Shown in pieces: positions 62,638-64,000 of a DNA stretch of 64,000 nt. The stretch spans positions 25,236,001-25,300,000 of the forward strand of contig NC_086118.1 in assembly GCF_963921235.1 (NCBI RefSeq). The letters run 5' to 3'. The number at the start of each line of letters is the position of its first letter. Positions within the stretch are counted from its first letter, which is position 1. The position numbers and the translations under genes are program-made. The notes under the pieces were generated by a model that ran no database searches, was not told where the DNA came from, and saw nothing but the letters and a program-made list of their open reading frames with translations. The stretch is from Mobula hypostoma. Its lineage: Eukaryota.

Positions 62638-64000
62638 TGTACACATAGCAAACAAGAGTCTAGTCTGCAGCGCCCGGTAGAGTTTTTTAAAGGGCAGTTC
62701 TAGTTCTCTTTAATGTAAACACATGCAAAACTGCAGTACCTGGGCTGTAGCGGCGTTTTGCGTGTGCGTGTTATTTCACTTCTCCGTTTCCTGCTTTTTT
62801 ATGAGGCATTTGAGACGACAGCCCCGGCTCTTCCTCATTTCCGATCGACTTAAAACTTTTGTTCTGTTCCACTCCCTATGGCTCTTGACTGTCTCGGCAA
62901 AATCATTTTCTTTTCAACTCTGCAGCAATGCTTGTATTTAAAATCGAGACGTGGGTAGCGAGCTCTCTTTCTGCAGCTGTTGCTCAAGGTCATGGCTCAG
63001 GCCGTCAGCCTTCCCTGCATTCATTTGGAGATATTGAAGATAATTCTACCATCCCCACTGATGAGCTCAGTCTGCTAAATTATTCAATTCAGATTAGGTA
63101 TTTAAAGATCCAGTAATAAGTGTTAATTTGGCTCTGAGAAAGCACTCTCAGTTTGAAAACGGAAGCTGGGAGGCTCAAGACCTTTATGAGAAAATTTCCT
63201 GAAATTGCACTTTATTGAATCTTCAGAATCTATTTTGTACATCTCGGTGTTGCTTCCGAAGCAATTTTAAAATAAGCTTTTTTTCTGTAATTTGCATTAA
63301 AATATTTTACAGAAAGAATTATGCCTAAGAAGAATAATAATCATAAAGATACTACTCGGTCATTGTATGTGGAATGAAAGCAAGAGTTTGCAGATCCATA
63401 TTATTTACAATAGTCTCTAAATTTATCAAACATGACTTGCTGCAAAACAAAGATCTTGATCAAGGTTCTGACATGTAAAAGATTTAAAATTGGGGAAATT
63501 TAATCAGTCAACCCCAATAAGAAGAATCAATTACTTGTGCATCTGGTGTTCAGCCATTGTGAATGTAGGAATTCAACAGGCAGATTCAGACAATTAAAAA
63601 ACTCTCTGGACACAAATACAGAGCAAGTCTGTGTAATTTGCTAGAAAACCCCATGATAAGAATTTATATTTCAGCTTTTCCCTTTTATTATTATGTTGCA
63701 AACAACAGAAGTGAGCACGAATGCATCTGCAGTGCTTTTTGTGCTCCATCACAGTGGTAAAACTAGACTCTCCAGCTATCAGGAGGTTAAAGAAATGCTG
63801 ATTCCTGAGATAGCACGAATTGGGTCCAGGAATGTTGAATAAAAAAAGATTAATCTTAGTCTGATTAATCCTTTCTCATTCAACAAGGATTAATCAAACT
63901 AGATTTGTACCCTCCCTGTGAATATATGCGCACAGGGAGATGTACTGTAGATATAATGTTGCCTCTGGCAGGGGCAGCACAATGGTATTGTTTGTATGTA

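Larger units (their letters stand above)
60980..63010. promoter_or_regulatory. CpG-enriched, repeat-poor promoter/first-intron region of tex47
   Basis: Visibly more CG dinucleotides than the CpG-depleted background, no recognisable TEs, and it contains exon 1. Not quantified. Confidence 0.5.

Noticed and set aside
1..64000. CRISPR arrays, rRNA/tRNA genes or prokaryote-type operons
   Set aside because: None seen. The DNA is eukaryotic and intronic, and the only tRNA-like sequence is a SINE head.

Overview
Repeat-rich vertebrate genomic DNA. The CR1/Penelope/RTE/Rex1/V-SINE repertoire points to a cartilaginous fish, probably a ray or skate (inference). One protein-coding gene spans almost the whole window on the minus strand: a spliced tex47 orthologue (TEX47/C7orf62, DYBLUP/MOT7 family, BLUF-like fold). 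Six phase-compatible GT-AG exons assemble by hand (62487-62606, 60870-60942, 29662-29765, 9386-9450, 8824-9025, 282-441; about 241 codons). A short last exon probably lies left of the window. The start sits in a CpG-enriched region with an RFX X-box. The introns are filled with mostly decayed LINEs (CR1, RTE, Rex1/Babar-like, L1), Penelope-like elements, Tc1 elements and SINEs. The most notable non-genic observations are three. (i) A 259-bp TSD-flanked, RTE-derived element whose 5' end is a twister ribozyme starting exactly at the self-cleavage site. (ii) Several Penelope minimal hammerhead ribozymes, including a TSD-flanked fold-back carrying two. (iii) A young L1 with an uninterrupted ORF and perfect TSD, in sense orientation to tex47. 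Family assignments rest on recalled motifs, not database searches, and repeat boundaries are approximate unless a TSD or TIR is given.
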